Positions 32,117 through 42,878 of a stretch of DNA of 64,000 bases are shown piece after piece. The stretch comes from Aulosira sp. ZfuVER01. GTDB lineage: Bacteria > Cyanobacteriota > Cyanobacteriia > Cyanobacteriales > Nostocaceae. Below the pieces are notes generated by a model that made no database searches, had not been told where the DNA came from, and saw only the letters and a list, made by a program, of their open reading frames with translations. The position numbers and the translations under genes are program-made. The stretch's first letter is position 1; every line of letters begins with the position of its first letter. Location of the stretch: the NCBI GenBank assembly GCA_034530615.2, contig JAVRCV020000007.1, forward strand, positions 106,766 to 170,765, written 5' to 3'.

Positions 32117-35026
32117 TTACTTCGTTTCCATCCAATTCTCACCTGCACGTACATCGACTACCAAAGGCACGCTCAACTGCACCGCATTTTCCATAGCCGA
32201 CTTAATTTGTGGTTGTAATTCTTCCCATTCTTGGGGTGGAACTTCAAACACTAATTCATCGTGAACTTGTAATAACAACCGCGCCTGATATTTACTCAAA
32301 ACATCATGCAGTTTCACCATTGCAATTTTGATAATATCAGCGCTGGAACCTTGGATTGGTGCATTAGCTGCGGAACGAAGTAAACCAGCATCATAAGGGC
32401 CTAAATTCTTTAATTTACTCAAATCAATAGCTTCTGGATTGCTGCCTTTTAATTGGCGTAAACTATTGCTGGTAAACTCAACATAACGACGACGACCGAG
32501 AATTGTTTCTACATAACCTTGAGCGATCGCTTCTTTTTTTACACGCTCTAAATATGTAAATACTTGTGCATAGCGTTCGTTAAATCGCTTAATAAATTCG
32601 TTAGCATTGGCTTTATCTACCCCAGTGGAACGGGCAAACTTTAGAGAACCCATGCCATAAATCACACCAAAATTTATGGTTTTTGCCAATCTCCGTTCGT
32701 CTGATGTCACATCTTCTTTCTCAAATACTAATCTTGCAGTCACAGTGTGAATATCTTCATTTTGCTGATATGCTTGCACCAAAACTGGCTCTTGACTTAA
32801 ATGAGCCAAAATCCTTAACTCGATTTGCGAGTAATCAGCAGCCACCATTAACCAGCTTGGTTCTGGTAAAAATGCTTTGCGAATTTGGCGGCTAAATGCT
32901 GTGCGAATCGGAATATTTTGTAAATTGGGATTAGAAGAAGATAATCTCCCAGTTGATGTCGCTGCTTGGTTGAAATCTGTATGTACTCTGTGGCTATCGG
33001 GACGTACTAATGCTGGTAATGCATCTACATAAGTAGACTTTAATTTAGATAAAGTACGGTACTCTGTGATGGCATCAACAAACCCGGTTTGATCTATTTC
33101 CTGAAGTTTTTCTAACGTCGCTGCATCTGTAGAGTAACCAGTTTGAATTTTGCGGGAATACTTAGTACTTAAACCTAATTTTTCAAACAAAATATGGCTC
33201 AATTGTTTTGGAGAACCTAAGTTGAATTTTTCCCCAGCTATCTCAGTAGCTTGTTCTTCCAACTTTGCCAAATCTGTTTCTAACTGTTGCGAAAGTTCTT
33301 TGAGGTAAGCAGAATTAATCCGAACGCCTGTGTATTCCATTTCCGCTAAAACTGCTTCTAGCGGCTGTTCCACTTCTAGCAATAGGTGATGTAAAGCTGG
33401 AATTTTCTCTAGTTCCTCACGCAACTTTGGTACTAAGCCAAATGTAGAATAGACATCCATACCGCAGTAATCTGCGACAGTAGGAATATCTAAGTCAGCA
33501 ATAGTTTTGCCTTTGGGAACTAAATCTACATAACTTTTGGCAGTTAAACCCAAATATTTTTGAGCTAAATCACTCAAATTATGGCTACTATCTGGATTTA
33601 ACAGGTAACTAGCTAGCATGGTATCAAATACCACTCCTGACAATTTTATTCCTTGACACCTGAGAACTAAACGGTCAAATTTGGTATTTTGCAAAGACTT
33701 GGGATAATCAGCACTTTCTAAAATTGGACGTAGCGCTTTTACAACAATCTCTTGATTTAAATTTTCTCCAGTTTTGTGACCAAGGGGAATATAGGCCATT
33801 TCATCTGGTTGTGTTCCCCAGCAGCAACCAATTCCCACTAAAGCAGCGTCTCGTGGTTCTAAATCTGTAGTTTCGGTATCCCAAGCAACTGGTGTCTCTG
33901 GGTTGGTAAATTGTTGCAGGAGATTCACCAATTCGATGAGCTTCGCTTCGCTATCAATAATCTGTGGTTGAATTACTGAAGCTGGCTTTTGTGCAGCTGC
34001 TGCTGTATCCGCCGCACTAAAAAACCATAAATCACCATCATCGTTAGTGCTGAGTTGCGCTGCTGGAGGTTCTGCAACTGTTCCCCCAAATTTTTGCTGA
34101 ATTTCGTTGATTTGACCTAAGAAACGATTTAATTCTAATTTTTCTAAAATGGGGACGAGAACGTCTCGATCGAATCCTGTTAATTTACAATCTTCTAAAT
34201 TCACTTCTAAAGGCACATCTATAACTATTTTTGCCAAATAGCGAGACTTTTGGGCATCTTCTTTACCTGATTCGAGTTTTTTCTGAGTTGCGCCTTTAAT
34301 TTCATCTAATTTGGCATAAATATTATCTAGAGAACCATAGGTACTAAGTAGCTGTACTGCTGTTTTTTCGCCAATTCCCTTAACGCCAGGAATATTATCT
34401 GATTTGTCACCACAAAGAGCTTTAAAATCAACAACTTGCTCAGGTAATACACCTAGTTTTTCTTGAACTTGTTCTGGGCCAAATTCTGTGATGCCATTTG
34501 TAGAGCGTTTCCAGGCATCTGGACTAAAATTGAGAACAGTGATTTGCTTTTCTAGGTCGATGAGTTGAAATAAATCGCGATCGCCTGTGAGAATTTTCAC
34601 TTGATACCCAGCAGCAGTGGCGATTTGTGCTAAAGTCCCCAAAACATCATCTGCTTCAAAGCCTGGTGCTGTGAAAATAGGCAAATTGAAGCCTGCAAGT
34701 AATTCATGGAGATTTTTTAAATCAGGTACAAAATCTTCTGGTGTACCTGGGCGATCGGCTTTATAGGTATCATCAGCTTCATGGCGGAAAGTTGGCAAGC
34801 CCAAATCAAAAGCTATAGCCATTGCTTGTGGCTGTTGGGTAGCCATGACTTCCAACAGAGATTTGATAAAGCCAAAACAGACACTGGTAGGAATCCCCGT
34901 TTTTGTACGTAGTCCTCCGTCTCGTCCTTTAGCAAAAGCAAAGTAGGAACGAAAGGCCAAAGAGTGTCCATCTACGAGGATGAATGTGGGGCGTGTTGCT
35001 ATTGTAGAAAGGGAAGGTTGGGACAT
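32117..35026 (-). CDS. polA: DNA polymerase I
   Basis: VDGHSLAFRSY, TGRLSSSNPNLQNIP, ADYSQIELRILAH, LQVHDEL. Confidence 0.99.
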   Translation of the reverse strand: MSQPSLSTIATRPTFILVDGHSLAFRSYFAFAKGRDGGLRTKTGIPTSVCFGFIKSLLEVMATQQPQAMAIAFDLGLPTFRHEADDTYKADRPGTPEDFVPDLKNLHELLAGFNLPIFTAPGFEADDVLGTLAQIATAAGYQVKILTGDRDLFQLIDLEKQITVLNFSPDAWKRSTNGITEFGPEQVQEKLGVLPEQVVDFKALCGDKSDNIPGVKGIGEKTAVQLLSTYGSLDNIYAKLDEIKGATQKKLESGKEDAQKSRYLAKIVIDVPLEVNLEDCKLTGFDRDVLVPILEKLELNRFLGQINEIQQKFGGTVAEPPAAQLSTNDDGDLWFFSAADTAAAAQKPASVIQPQIIDSEAKLIELVNLLQQFTNPETPVAWDTETTDLEPRDAALVGIGCCWGTQPDEMAYIPLGHKTGENLNQEIVVKALRPILESADYPKSLQNTKFDRLVLRCQGIKLSGVVFDTMLASYLLNPDSSHNLSDLAQKYLGLTAKSYVDLVPKGKTIADLDIPTVADYCGMDVYSTFGLVPKLREELEKIPALHHLLLEVEQPLEAVLAEMEYTGVRINSAYLKELSQQLETDLAKLEEQATEIAGEKFNLGSPKQLSHILFEKLGLSTKYSRKIQTGYSTDAATLEKLQEIDQTGFVDAITEYRTLSKLKSTYVDALPALVRPDSHRVHTDFNQAATSTGRLSSSNPNLQNIPIRTAFSRQIRKAFLPEPSWLMVAADYSQIELRILAHLSQEPVLVQAYQQNEDIHTVTARLVFEKEDVTSDERRLAKTINFGVIYGMGSLKFARSTGVDKANANEFIKRFNERYAQVFTYLERVKKEAIAQGYVETILGRRRYVEFTSNSLRQLKGSNPEAIDLSKLKNLGPYDAGLLRSAANAPIQGSSADIIKIAMVKLHDVLSKYQARLLLQVHDELVFEVPPQEWEELQPQIKSAMENAVQLSVPLVVDVRAGENWMETK

Positions 35027-35235
35027 AGCCTTATTTTAGCCAGAAGCTTAGGTATCGGGACTAGGTAACGACGACGCAGCTTCAGCATCAAAATTATCTA
35101 GTATTGCTGTGTACTGGTCAAAATACTTTACCGCAGTTTCTGGCAATCTCGGCAGTGCATTGCTCTAGGCGATCGCACTTGGTATGCTTTGAGCAGAGTA
35201 CCTGACTAGGCCGTTGCAGAATTCAATTAATAAAT

Positions 35236-36279
35236 ATGCGATCGCTGGCAGCAATATCTGGATCTATCCGACTTCCACATATAATTTTTACGGGAGTATT
35301 TTTTAGCTTACTCCTCATCAGTTGCTCGCCTCTCAACAGTAATACTAAACCTGAGTCTCATAATGCAGCGCCAGGTGCTTTTAAAGTAGCCATGATTTTA
35401 CCTGGGCAAATCAACGATCAAAGTTGGAATCAATCAGGTTATGAAGGACTAAAGTTAATTCAAAAGCGACTTGGCGCTCAGATAGCTTACACTACTAGCG
35501 TCACTAGAACGAATGCAGAGACAATTCTGCGTCAATACGCTCAACAAGATTTTGATTTTATTATTATTCATGGCGGTCAATATTTAAATTCCTCGGCAAT
35601 TGTCGCTAAAGAATTTCCTCGGGTTAAATTTGCAGTTGTTACCAGTTATGGAGGTAATAACAAAAACTTTGGGGCTTTAGCATTTCGCAGTAATGAAGTT
35701 GGTTATTTAGCTGGAGTAATTGCTGCCTTAAAAACTAAAACTAATAAAATTTCTTTTATTGGTGGGGAACCTCAATTAATTACTCAAGAAGAAGCAATCT
35801 TATTAAAACGCGCTGCCTTAAAAACCAAAAATAATCTAAATGTTTCCATTAAGTGGGTGAATAGTTGGCAAGATCCAGATAAAGCTAAAAGCATAGCCGC
35901 AACAGAAATTGCCAATGGAGCAGATGTTGTAGTCACAGATGCAGATTTAGGAAATTTTGGGGTTTTACAAGCGGTATCTGGAAATAAATCAATATCTGCT
36001 ATTACTTGGATGTATGCCATTGCTGGAGTTCAGCAAAAGTATCAATTAGCTGCAAATAATATTGTTACTAGAGTTGTGCAACAAGTACCGCAGTTATTGT
36101 TAGAAGGAGCAACTTTAGCACAGCAGGGACGCTGGGAAGGTAAGCAGTATAAATTCGGCATTTTAGAAGGAGTTCAAGATTTAAAATCATTCAACAGTTC
36201 GTTAACTTCTCCACAAGCAGAACTGGTCGAGTCTATTAAACAAGATATTCTCACTGGCAAAATTGATATTTCTCCTTAA
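35236..36279 (+). CDS. BMP-family (Med/PnrA-like) lipoprotein
   Basis: Lipobox LLISC, NDQSWNQSGYEGL, EVGYLAGVIAA, WQDPDKAK, GADVV. Confidence 0.85.
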   Translation: MRSLAAISGSIRLPHIIFTGVFFSLLLISCSPLNSNTKPESHNAAPGAFKVAMILPGQINDQSWNQSGYEGLKLIQKRLGAQIAYTTSVTRTNAETILRQYAQQDFDFIIIHGGQYLNSSAIVAKEFPRVKFAVVTSYGGNNKNFGALAFRSNEVGYLAGVIAALKTKTNKISFIGGEPQLITQEEAILLKRAALKTKNNLNVSIKWVNSWQDPDKAKSIAATEIANGADVVVTDADLGNFGVLQAVSGNKSISAITWMYAIAGVQQKYQLAANNIVTRVVQQVPQLLLEGATLAQQGRWEGKQYKFGILEGVQDLKSFNSSLTSPQAELVESIKQDILTGKIDISP

Positions 36280-36288
36280 GGAGTTTTG

Positions 36289-39078
36289 ATGAAAAAACAG
36301 CAGCACCATCATACTTCAAATCTAGCAAGATATGGATTTTTTTCTATCACCAATCAATTGCGATATGGTTTAGTTTTGCTAGTAATTACTGCCATGCTGC
36401 TGGTATCTGGTACATTGACTTATCTCAGCTTTCAAGCACAAATGCAACAGTTAGAAGTTGCACAACAGGAACTTGCTCAAGCTGCGGCGGCGAAAATTAA
36501 TGCTTATTTAGATGATTTACAACGCAAACTCAGTTATTTAGCGAGAGTGCAAGGGTTAACTGATTTATCACCGGAAATTCAACAAAGATTACTTGCGGCT
36601 TTAACTCGACATCATAGCGCCTATGAAACAGTAGCAATTTTGGATAGCACAGGAAAGGTTATTTCTGCTGTTGCTCCTTATGGACAATTCAACGTCGATA
36701 CTATAACGCAAACTCCTGGAATTTTATATGCTATCAAGCACAAGGAAGATTTTGTGAGTCCGGTGGAAATAGATCGGCTTACAAATTTACCAATTGTTAC
36801 TTTAGCAGTGCCAATCCGCAATATAGAAGATGAAGTTAATGGTGTATTAATAGCGCGAATCAATCTCAAATTTCTTAGGTTCTTTATCTACCAAACACAA
36901 GTCGGCAAAACAGGTTATAGTTATGTAATTGACAAGCGAAATTTTCTCATTGCAGCCAAAGAAGAATCAGAATCTATCGAATCTTTGAAGCTTCGAGATT
37001 TGTCAGAGCGGCAGTTTATCAGACAATTAAAACGCTTAGGTAATGATAATTCTCTAGCTAAATATCGCGGTTTAAAAGGTGTACAAGTAATAGGTGCTGT
37101 AGCCCCTATTACTAGTTTACGATGGCAAGTTGTAGTAGAACTTCCCGTTGCAGAAGCTTATGCTCCCATTCGCCAGATGCTTTTATTTATGGGTACATAT
37201 ATCTCTATTGCAACAGTGGTAACGCTAGGAGTAGGTATATGTTTTCAAAGGCAAATTGTTTTTCCTTTACAAGGATTAACAACAGCAGCAAGGCGAATTA
37301 GTACAGGTGATTTGGATACTCAAATCAAAGTTGCACAGCGTAATGAAATGGGAGTCTTAGCCGCTACTTTTAATCAAATGACTTTGCAGTTACGCGAACT
37401 AATTAAGGATTTAAGCCAAGAACGCAATTTTGTTTCCGCAGTTCTGGATACAGTTGGTGCTTTAGTTATAGTAATTGATCGGCAAGGGCGAATTGTCCGC
37501 TTTAATCGGACTTGTGAACAAATCACTAAATATTCATTTGCAGAAGTAGAATATAAATTATTTTGGGATTTATTCGTAATTACCGAAGAAATAGAGTTAG
37601 TTAAATCTAATTTTAAAAATCTAAACAACGAGCAAACACCCAAAACATCTGAAAGATATTTGTTAACCAAGGATGGACAACAGCGGTTAATTGCTTGGTC
37701 AACAACTACTCTTCTAGATGATAACGGGCAAATAAGGTATGTAATCGATACTGGTCTAGACATCACAGAACGCCGACAAGCAGAGATTCAATTACGTGTA
37801 GGCGCAGAAAGAGAGAGATTGATTGCAGAAATTGCTTTAAGAATTCTGCGAAGTCTGAATCTAGAAGAAATTATCAATACTACAGTTATAGAAGTCAGGA
37901 AATTTCTGCAATCTGACAGAGTATTTATTAGTAACTTTAATGATAGTTCTCATTGTAATATTTTTGCAGAATCTTTAAATCCAGATTGGGAATCAATTTC
38001 AGATCTATTTAATACAGACAATGATTATATTCAAGAAATCAAAGTTCTTTTTTCCCAAGGAAATTTACAACAAATTGATGACATCAGCCAAACCCAAATC
38101 TCACCCAAGCGTGCTTACTACTTTGCTAAATATGAAGTAAAAGCTTGTTTAGCCATACCAATTATAGTTTCTGATGAGTTTTTTGGTACATTAGTTGCTC
38201 ATCAGTGTTCCAGAGTGCGTCATTGGGAGCAAGTAGAAATTGAATTTCTCCAGCAGTTAGCAACACAAGTAGCAATTGCTATTCAGCAAGCAAAGCTCTT
38301 TCAAGAAATCCAGATACTGAATGTGAATTTAGAGCGCAAAGTAGAAGCGAGAACTGCTCAATTACAAGAAAAAATGATGGAATTGCAAGATTTGTATAAA
38401 CGCCAAGATGAGTTTTTACATGCAGTTTCCCATGATTTGCGCACTCCGATTACAGGAACCCTTATGCTGTTGAGGCATTGGCAAAAATCACCTCTAGAGA
38501 ATATTTCATTACCTCATAAGATTTTAGAACGCATGATTGAGAGTGGTGAACGCCAACTAAATTTAATTAATTCATTATTAGAAACTCATGTTAGTGATAG
38601 TCGAGGAATTACACTACATTATGAAACCGTAAAAATTAGTGAGTTAGTGAAATCTATTGCAGAAGATTTAGATTCATTGTTAGTCAAAAATCAAGCAACA
38701 ATTAATAATTTAGTATTATCTGATTTACCACTTGTCAATGCAGATACCATGCAATTAAGGCGGGTATTTGAAAACTTAATTACTAATGCCTTAAATCATA
38801 ATCCTCCAGGATTAGAAATTACCGTCCAAGCAAGCGTAGAAGAGGAAATGATTTGTTGCTTAATACAAGATAATGGTGTAGGTATGAGCGAAGAACAATG
38901 CCGAGAAATATTTGAACGCTACGCTAGAGGCGATCGCGCTCGTTCTACTGGTATTGGTTTAGGATTGTATTTATGTCGTCAAATTATCACTGCACATGGA
39001 GGACAAATTGGAGTCAAGAGTAGTCCTGGTGCAGGAGCAACTTTCTGGTTTACCTTACCACATAGTAACCAGAGCTAG
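36289..39078 (+). CDS. Sensor histidine kinase (Cache-HAMP-PAS-GAF-HisKA-HATPase)
   Basis: Two TM segments around a Cache-like domain, NEMGVLAATFNQM, DITERR, SDRV...LVAHQC, SHDLRTP, GIGLGL. Confidence 0.92.
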   Translation: MKKQQHHHTSNLARYGFFSITNQLRYGLVLLVITAMLLVSGTLTYLSFQAQMQQLEVAQQELAQAAAAKINAYLDDLQRKLSYLARVQGLTDLSPEIQQRLLAALTRHHSAYETVAILDSTGKVISAVAPYGQFNVDTITQTPGILYAIKHKEDFVSPVEIDRLTNLPIVTLAVPIRNIEDEVNGVLIARINLKFLRFFIYQTQVGKTGYSYVIDKRNFLIAAKEESESIESLKLRDLSERQFIRQLKRLGNDNSLAKYRGLKGVQVIGAVAPITSLRWQVVVELPVAEAYAPIRQMLLFMGTYISIATVVTLGVGICFQRQIVFPLQGLTTAARRISTGDLDTQIKVAQRNEMGVLAATFNQMTLQLRELIKDLSQERNFVSAVLDTVGALVIVIDRQGRIVRFNRTCEQITKYSFAEVEYKLFWDLFVITEEIELVKSNFKNLNNEQTPKTSERYLLTKDGQQRLIAWSTTTLLDDNGQIRYVIDTGLDITERRQAEIQLRVGAERERLIAEIALRILRSLNLEEIINTTVIEVRKFLQSDRVFISNFNDSSHCNIFAESLNPDWESISDLFNTDNDYIQEIKVLFSQGNLQQIDDISQTQISPKRAYYFAKYEVKACLAIPIIVSDEFFGTLVAHQCSRVRHWEQVEIEFLQQLATQVAIAIQQAKLFQEIQILNVNLERKVEARTAQLQEKMMELQDLYKRQDEFLHAVSHDLRTPITGTLMLLRHWQKSPLENISLPHKILERMIESGERQLNLINSLLETHVSDSRGITLHYETVKISELVKSIAEDLDSLLVKNQATINNLVLSDLPLVNADTMQLRRVFENLITNALNHNPPGLEITVQASVEEEMICCLIQDNGVGMSEEQCREIFERYARGDRARSTGIGLGLYLCRQIITAHGGQIGVKSSPGAGATFWFTLPHSNQS

Positions 39079-39923
39079 GAGTTAACAGTGAGCTTTACTA
39101 ATTGGTCTAACTCATACTGCATCTGACTAACAACTAACTCATAACATTCATTAACATACTCGCGATCGCACGCTGCCTCTCTGCCATAATATTCAAACTT
39201 AATCGGTGGACAAACCCGCGTGTGGATAGTTACAGGCAATGGGATATTAGGCAATGGGCCGAGTGATAATCCCCAAGGTAAGCCTAGATAAATCGGAAAT
39301 ACTACCGGATCAATTCCAAACAACCAAGGCATACCCAATTTGTGGAGTTGCTGCACAATTTCATAGCATTCAGTCAGCACAATCAGCGTATCGTGAGCAC
39401 CCGTGGAAATCACAGGTACAATTGGTACTCGCTCTCGCAGTGCTAGCTTGATAAACCCTTGTCGCCCTGCAAAATAGATTTTATTACGCAAAGAATACGG
39501 TCTAAAAACATCTTCAGCACCACCGGGATATACCAGTACACTAGCTCCAGAGCGCAAAGCAGCATAAGCCATTTTGGGATGAGCTATAACTGCGCCCGTT
39601 TTCGCTACTAGTTGTGCTATTTGTGGGGTTATCTCCCAGACTGTGGGATGCATCAAACCGTAGACTGGCCTCTCTACACCAAAACGCCGAAACCAGTCAT
39701 ACATCATCATCACCATATCAGGAGCAGCTAGTCCCCCATTGTGAGAACCAACAAATAAAACTTTCTCATAGGGTGAGACATACTCCCAACCACTAGTTTG
39801 AACTCGAAAATAGTGGTCATACAACCACCCAAGTAGTGGCATGATTGATTCGATGAATCTTGGATCTCGCTCATCCAAAGACCAACCGAGTTTTTTCTTA
39901 AGGTGATGTTTTGTGTGTGACAT
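39075..39923 (-). CDS. Acyltransferase (PlsC/DGAT2-like)
   Basis: VGSHNGG, VYPGGAED, GFIKLA, VPIVP. Confidence 0.85.
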   Translation of the reverse strand: MSHTKHHLKKKLGWSLDERDPRFIESIMPLLGWLYDHYFRVQTSGWEYVSPYEKVLFVGSHNGGLAAPDMVMMMYDWFRRFGVERPVYGLMHPTVWEITPQIAQLVAKTGAVIAHPKMAYAALRSGASVLVYPGGAEDVFRPYSLRNKIYFAGRQGFIKLALRERVPIVPVISTGAHDTLIVLTECYEIVQQLHKLGMPWLFGIDPVVFPIYLGLPWGLSLGPLPNIPLPVTIHTRVCPPIKFEYYGREAACDREYVNECYELVVSQMQYELDQLVKLTVNS

Positions 39924-40003
39924 CCAGGCATATTACCAGGATTTGTAAAGCTCAGACAATCACTCCTGTTTAGATTCCAGGACAATCTTGAAGAAGCAAG
40001 GGA

Positions 40004-40100
40004 GTGTGGGAGGTGTGGGAAGTGTGGGAAGTGTGGGAAGTGTGGGAAGTGTGGGAAGAAATGCCCAATCACCAATGACAAATGACCAATGACAAATGAC
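40004..40100. repeat. Tandem repeats (GTGTGGGAA)x~6 and (CAAATGA/CCAATGA)x~5
   Basis: Directly visible between the acyltransferase and ddl. Confidence 0.9.
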
Positions 40101-40164
40101 GAATCGAGATTTTTGAGCAGGTTGTGATACGCTATCTGCGAGACGGAGCTAAGAGGTACTGAAG

Positions 40165-41235
40165 ATGACTAAATTGCGGGTGGGGTTGCTATTTGGCGGA
40201 CGTTCTGGGGAACATGAAGTTTCGATTAGTTCAGCACGGGCGATCGCTAAAGCCTTAAGTGCAGAGCAAAATGCTAATAAGTATGAAATACTGCCTTTTT
40301 ACATTCAAAAAGATGGTTTCTGGCAAGCTGGTGAAGTCGCTCAACAAGTTTTAACATCTGGCGTTGCTATCCAGAATCAAGCTGCTAATCCTAACCTTTG
40401 GCAATTTCCACCACAGACACAAGAAGTAGATCTTTGGTTTCCGATTCTCCACGGGCCTAACGGTGAAGACGGCACAATTCAAGGTTTACTTAGCCTAATG
40501 CAAGTCCCGTTTGTTGGTTCTGGGGTGTTAGGTTCGGCAACGGGGATGGATAAAATTGGCATGAAAGTCGCTTTTGCTCAAGCTGGATTACCCCAAGTTA
40601 AGTACAAAGCAGTAACCAGAGCGCAAGTTTGGTCAAATCCTTGTGTATTTCCGAAATTATGTGATGAAATTGAGTCGGATCTGGGCTACCCTTGCTTTGT
40701 CAAGCCTGCAAATTTAGGTTCATCGGTAGGAATTGCGAAGGTGCGATCGCGCCAAGAATTAGAAGCTGCATTAGATAATGCTGCCAGTTACGATCGGCGG
40801 ATAATTGTGGAAGCCGGAGTCGTAGCTAGAGAAGTAGAATGTGCGGTTTTAGGCAACGATCAACCCCAAGCTTCTGTTATTGGCGAAATTACCTATAACA
40901 GCGATTTTTACGATTACGAAACAAAATATACCGAAGGTCGCGCAGATTTACATATACCTGCGCTTTTACCAGATGCGATCGCTAGTCAAATTAAAGACAT
41001 GGCATTACAAGCCTTTGCCGCTGTTGACGCTGCTGGCTTGGCTAGAGTAGACTTTTTCTACGTGGAAACAACAGGAGAAGTGTTGATTAATGAAATCAAT
41101 ACCTTACCTGGTTTCACTGCAACTAGTATGTATCCCCAACTATGGGCATATAGTGGAATATCCTTCCCTGAACTAGTAGATAAATTAATTCAACTAGCTA
41201 TAGAGAGAGATTCTGCTGTCGAGCCGAAGAGTTAA
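40165..41235 (+). CDS. ddl: D-alanine--D-alanine ligase
   Basis: [40 protein letters not shown]. Confidence 0.98.
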   Translation: MTKLRVGLLFGGRSGEHEVSISSARAIAKALSAEQNANKYEILPFYIQKDGFWQAGEVAQQVLTSGVAIQNQAANPNLWQFPPQTQEVDLWFPILHGPNGEDGTIQGLLSLMQVPFVGSGVLGSATGMDKIGMKVAFAQAGLPQVKYKAVTRAQVWSNPCVFPKLCDEIESDLGYPCFVKPANLGSSVGIAKVRSRQELEAALDNAASYDRRIIVEAGVVAREVECAVLGNDQPQASVIGEITYNSDFYDYETKYTEGRADLHIPALLPDAIASQIKDMALQAFAAVDAAGLARVDFFYVETTGEVLINEINTLPGFTATSMYPQLWAYSGISFPELVDKLIQLAIERDSAVEPKS

Positions 41236-41423
41236 GCCTAATAATAGCTTGTACTAAGGCATAAATGGTGCTAAAAGCAACGTTTTTGCTGCAAGTTATT
41301 GGATTTAGTAGCTTAAGCTGCACATAAAAATTACTTGATTGCAAAATTTGGCTACGGATACCTGATACTTGAATCCTCCAGTATGATCTTGGATCTAGAG
41401 GGGTACAAATCTGAAAGTAATCT

Positions 41424-42098
41424 ATGGAAAATAGTCAGAGTGTACAGCACGAGCCAACCCAATCTACTGGGGCCACTCCAGATCTGACAAACAGTAAATC
41501 GAGCGCAATCAGTAGCTCACAAGTTCTGATAAATCTGCTCACACGCCATCCTTGGCTGTTGTTGATTGGGTTATCAGCAGTGTTTTTTGCAAGTGCTGTG
41601 CTTGCCTTGTATAATCTTGGTTCTGTGGGAAATGTGCAAAAAGCAGAAGAACCAGACAAAAACCTAGATGTATCAACTACAACCGTAGCCGAAGCTGAAG
41701 TAGCAATCAATACGCCCTCTGAGAATAGCAATCCTACACCTTTATGGATGGTTTTTGCGATCGCCCTCAGCTGCGCTAGTGGTTGCGTAGTAATTTTGCG
41801 AATTATCAACCGTCCAGCCAAGGCTCAAAAAGTCCACAAACATCTTAAACGCTATCCAACACGCTCAGTACAAAGCCAACCGTCTAGAGTCGAACCACAG
41901 CCTCCCAAAAATCCGCAAGTCTTTGTACCACCGCCATCATTAACACCCGTTGTCTCCATGCAATCTAGAACCAAACCGCTGATGACGGTTTTACCACCAG
42001 AACACAGCTATCGTATGGAGAAAAGCAAAGAGTCTTTGGCAGATTTAATGGATCTTCGTAAACAGAGTTCTTTATCTGCTCTTTTACGCAAATATTAA
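41424..42098 (+). CDS. Hypothetical membrane protein (2 TM)
   Basis: Two hydrophobic segments; C-terminal SLADLMDLRKQSSLSALL. Confidence 0.7.
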   Translation: MENSQSVQHEPTQSTGATPDLTNSKSSAISSSQVLINLLTRHPWLLLIGLSAVFFASAVLALYNLGSVGNVQKAEEPDKNLDVSTTTVAEAEVAINTPSENSNPTPLWMVFAIALSCASGCVVILRIINRPAKAQKVHKHLKRYPTRSVQSQPSRVEPQPPKNPQVFVPPPSLTPVVSMQSRTKPLMTVLPPEHSYRMEKSKESLADLMDLRKQSSLSALLRKY

Positions 42099-42140
42099 TC
42101 TCGTTGCAAAATAAAAATCTGTCAAACTAAAAATCTTATC

Positions 42141-42173
42141 AATAAGGGTATGGCATTTCTATACCCTTATTTG
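42141..42173 (+). terminator. Hairpin terminator
   Basis: AATAAGGGTAT-N9-ATACCCTTATT. Confidence 0.7.
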
Positions 42174-42707
42174 TGTTTATCTCATTTTTGCTAGAAAAGT
42201 TATACCAATTAAAAATTCAATATTAATATCAATTTATACCGATTTGAAAAAAAGAATGCCACAGATGAGTGGGGGAATATTTTTGTACCCTTATGAATAA
42301 TTCACGCAGACATTATCGTACTTGAAATTATTGGTATTTTTGTAAGTAGGTTAGATAGATTAATCGGACTAAAAAAGTTAAATATGAACAATTCAACAAT
42401 TTTAAAAATGCCAATTTGGCAACTAACTTACAATTATTACAGTTAAAGTGTAGAAGATAAACGACTTCAAGGGTGTTGTTATCAGGGTCTACCAAGCCAT
42501 TAAATTAATTTATTCAAGCTGTGTCATCGTAGTATTTTTTTAGTATGATAATAGGATATTTGGTTCTTCAGTACTAGTTATGCTTAAATAATAAGCTAAA
42601 TCTAATTCAATAAACTACCAGTTTCGTACATTCTCTAAGTTGCATAGTTCTTGCATAATCCAACTATTCAAATCGCTTAAAGCCTTGATAATCGGTTATT
42701 TAGAATA

Positions 42708-42751
42708 CCTTGGTAAGGGTGAGGTCACGAGTTCAATCCTCGTCACGGGCT
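42708..42751 (+). pseudogene. 3' half of tRNA-Thr(GGT); att-like fragment
   Basis: CC-TTGGTAA-GGGTG-AGGTC-ACGAGTTCAATCCTCGT-CACGGGCT: anticodon loop, T-arm and 3' acceptor strand present; D-arm and 5' acceptor strand absent. Confidence 0.85.
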
Positions 42752-42878
42752 TTGTATTTTATCTATAATAATCAACGGTAAATTAAGATTTTCAGCCTTT
42801 ACAAGAGATTTAGAGGTGCAAAAATTGAGTTATTTACTCATATTTTTGACTATTAAGTCAAAATTTTGGGTATCAAAA

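Noticed and set aside
39728..40081. ORF with FPH repeats
   Set aside because: Artefact of the 9-bp tandem repeat and overlaps the acyltransferase in another frame.
42660..42751. Intact tRNA-Thr or intron-split tRNA
   Set aside because: No D-arm or 5' acceptor strand, only two anticodon-stem pairs, and no group I intron core recognised.
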